Positions 62,235 to 64,000 of a stretch of DNA of 64,000 bases are shown here, one piece after another. The DNA is from Alphaproteobacteria bacterium (GTDB lineage: Bacteria; Pseudomonadota; Alphaproteobacteria; UBA828). The stretch is from positions 3,872,001 through 3,936,000 of the forward strand of contig CBDEFM010000002.1 of assembly GCA_965237415.1 (NCBI GenBank). The letters run 5' to 3'. Position 1 is the first letter of the stretch. Every line of letters starts with the position of its first letter. Made by a program: the position numbers and the translations under genes. The notes beneath the pieces were generated by a model. That model had not been told where the DNA came from, searched no databases, and worked only from the letters and a program-made list of their open reading frames with translations.

Positions 62235-63056
62235 CTAGTGCGGTTTATTGATTGAAGGTTCGATCGAGACCCTACTGCGAAAAACCATTTCACAGTGCTC
62301 TATCTCGCCTACAACCATTCTCCCTGTGGTGACGAATTTATGAGGAATTGTTTTGATATTCTTCAGTACTCGTCTCAGCCCTCGTGTTGACCCTGCGGCC
62401 TCTCGAAATTCATCTAAATTGGAGTCAAAAATCTTATTAGGTTGACACACCAGACCCGGCAAAACTTGTATCGGGCGGAGACTTCTGGCTATTGTACAAT
62501 TACGCACATCGAAAAGAACGTGGTCCATTGGATAAGTTACATTACGACACTCGTTTAGTAGGTAGTGCGCTGACTCCCGACTAACAATATATCCGCAAGC
62601 GCCTGCCACAAACACTGCTATCCGACGCAGTTCTCTTCCTTGGTAAGGCTCCGCGCATACACGACCAAGTAATCGCGCCTTTTTTCCCCAAGTCTCAAGT
62701 TTAACTAGTCTAGCGCCAACGGGCCACCAATCGATGGACTCGATGAACATGGGGAGGTCGTCAGCGAGTTCTGCATCGTCTTCAAGAATAAGGGCCGCCG
62801 GTGCCTCGGAGTCAGATAAAAACATATCGAACGCCTGCAAGTGACTGAGCACGCACGCACCAGCACCGCGATCAAGTTTTATCGAACGAAACGATCCGTT
62901 GAGGCTCACTCGCTCATTCAGTTCCTCGTCTGTGACGGTTCTTGCGTCGACTGCTGGGATTCGATTGGCCTTCAAACCTATCTGGTCCAGATTGGCCGCA
63001 ATAGATCGCAGCCGGTCTGGTCTGCGGTCAAGATTAATTACAAATATGGGAAGCAT
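62235..63056 (-). CDS. Glycosyltransferase family 25
   Basis: Motifs FVINLDRRPDR, ACVLSH, LILEDD and GYIVS; AT-richer than flanks. Confidence 0.9.
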   Translation of the reverse strand: MLPIFVINLDRRPDRLRSIAANLDQIGLKANRIPAVDARTVTDEELNERVSLNGSFRSIKLDRGAGACVLSHLQAFDMFLSDSEAPAALILEDDAELADDLPMFIESIDWWPVGARLVKLETWGKKARLLGRVCAEPYQGRELRRIAVFVAGACGYIVSRESAHYLLNECRNVTYPMDHVLFDVRNCTIARSLRPIQVLPGLVCQPNKIFDSNLDEFREAAGSTRGLRRVLKNIKTIPHKFVTTGRMVVGEIEHCEMVFRSRVSIEPSINKPH

Positions 63057-63727
63057 GTCTGTGCCCTGCTTGCCGACCCACTGGGCGCCGGGCCGTTGCA
63101 ATCGTCACAAGCAATTGGTTCCTGCCCATTCGCCAAGCGCGGGGCGCTGCTCCTCGACGGCTCCAAGCTGCTCTATTCAGCAGGCGGCACGAAAGTGCGC
63201 ACACTTTAGCGTTGGCGATTGTGAGCGTGGACGGACTGGCTCAGGCTGTCAACGAGAATGTCTGCGGAATCTTGCGTTCAGCGGTTGGCTCTGCCTGGCT
63301 TGCGCAGGCGTTTCAAGTTCTCGGGTATCGTGACGACCGGCACGGTTGTTTACCTGCCGCTGTGGGTGTTCGTGGCTGAAGTTGTGGAACATTTCGCTGT
63401 GCGCTCATTCGAGGCGAAGTACGCCGACCCGGCAGTGATGGATTGATTCCGGGTGGTCCTCACACGCCTTGCTGCAACCCTTCTCGAATTCGTCAGAGTT
63501 CCGCTCGCCGTGCGGGAATGCGCGGTCAAGGATGGCTCCGGGCCGACCAGTTGGCAGAATTGTTCCGACACAGCCGGACCAAAAATTATGCCGAACTAAC
63601 CTATGGGAGCCGGTCAGTCGGTGATGCCGACCAAGTGCTCCGTCGAGGAGAGCGGTCAAGGAGTGCTCTACATATTACCACAAAGATATATCGATATGCC
63701 GTTTCTGATGCACTCGTTTGCAGTACC

Positions 63728-63897
63728 ACGACGCCAACGAATCCGGGCAGGCCCTGTTCGTCGCTGCGTCAGCGATTGGACGTGTGGTCTACGGCATGCG
63801 GCAAAATTGGTGGCTCGCTCTGATCGTCTCGGTTGCCCTTCTGGTCCCGCTCACGGCTGCGCCGGCCGCACGCGAAGGCGGAAACGCGCGGCGCTAG
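63728..63897 (+). pseudogene. Diverged 3' fragment of a second O-antigen ligase gene
   Basis: GGGCAGGCCCTG...TGGTGGCTCGC...GCCCTT.TGGT.CC aligns with 62012-62184 (GQAL..QNWWLALI.SVALLVPL). Confidence 0.78.
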
Positions 63898-63901
63898 GAC
63901 G

Positions 63902-64000
63902 ATGCGTATTGCCCAAATCATGCTGGCGCGCCAACTGGGCGGAGGGGAGCAGGTCTTTATCGACCTGTGCGGGGCGGCCGCATCGCGCGGGCATGAGGTT
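63902..64000 (+). CDS. Glycosyltransferase (GT4-like) N-terminus, truncated by window edge
   Basis: MRIAQIMLARQLGGGEQVFIDL...RGHEV. Confidence 0.75.
   Translation, partial: MRIAQIMLARQLGGGEQVFIDLCGAAASRGHEV

Overview
GC-rich chromosomal window, most likely from an alphaproteobacterium. This is inferred from the metK-trmB-rimP-nusA-ylxR-infB-rbfA-truB-rpsO-pnp and uvrC-pgsA-mobB-moeA-moaD-moaE gene orders, an alpha-type LexA box and alpha-type palindromic repeats. Positions 1-25.5 kb hold catabolic genes: molybdo-hydroxylase subunits, CoA transferase and hydratases, PrpB, luciferase-like enzymes and a cyclic-amide/pyrimidine-type hydrolase cluster. These are interrupted by an IS481, a HicAB pair and an AT-richer two-gene islet. 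Positions 25.7-38.7 kb are core translation genes, with metK broken by a 149-bp duplication/insertion that is probably an assembly artefact. Positions 38.8-49.5 kb are a mosaic accessory zone: IS4 and IS66 remnants, a tRNA-fMet 3'-end fragment, an opine dehydrogenase/permease deletion chimera, a sugar ABC system, a YjzC + ClpP-like islet, and an orphan Mu gp27/DUF3486-like gene followed by TCCCACTT repeats. Positions 49.5-64 kb hold a Liv-type ABC system, uvrC/Moco genes and LPS genes. The best candidate for an undescribed system is the islet at 13.2-15.3 kb: a SAMHD1-like HD dNTP-hydrolase plus a YwgA/DarG-C-terminal-like partner, preceded by a sigma70 promoter with a LexA box across its spacer. 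All family assignments come from recognising motifs by eye; no searches were run.
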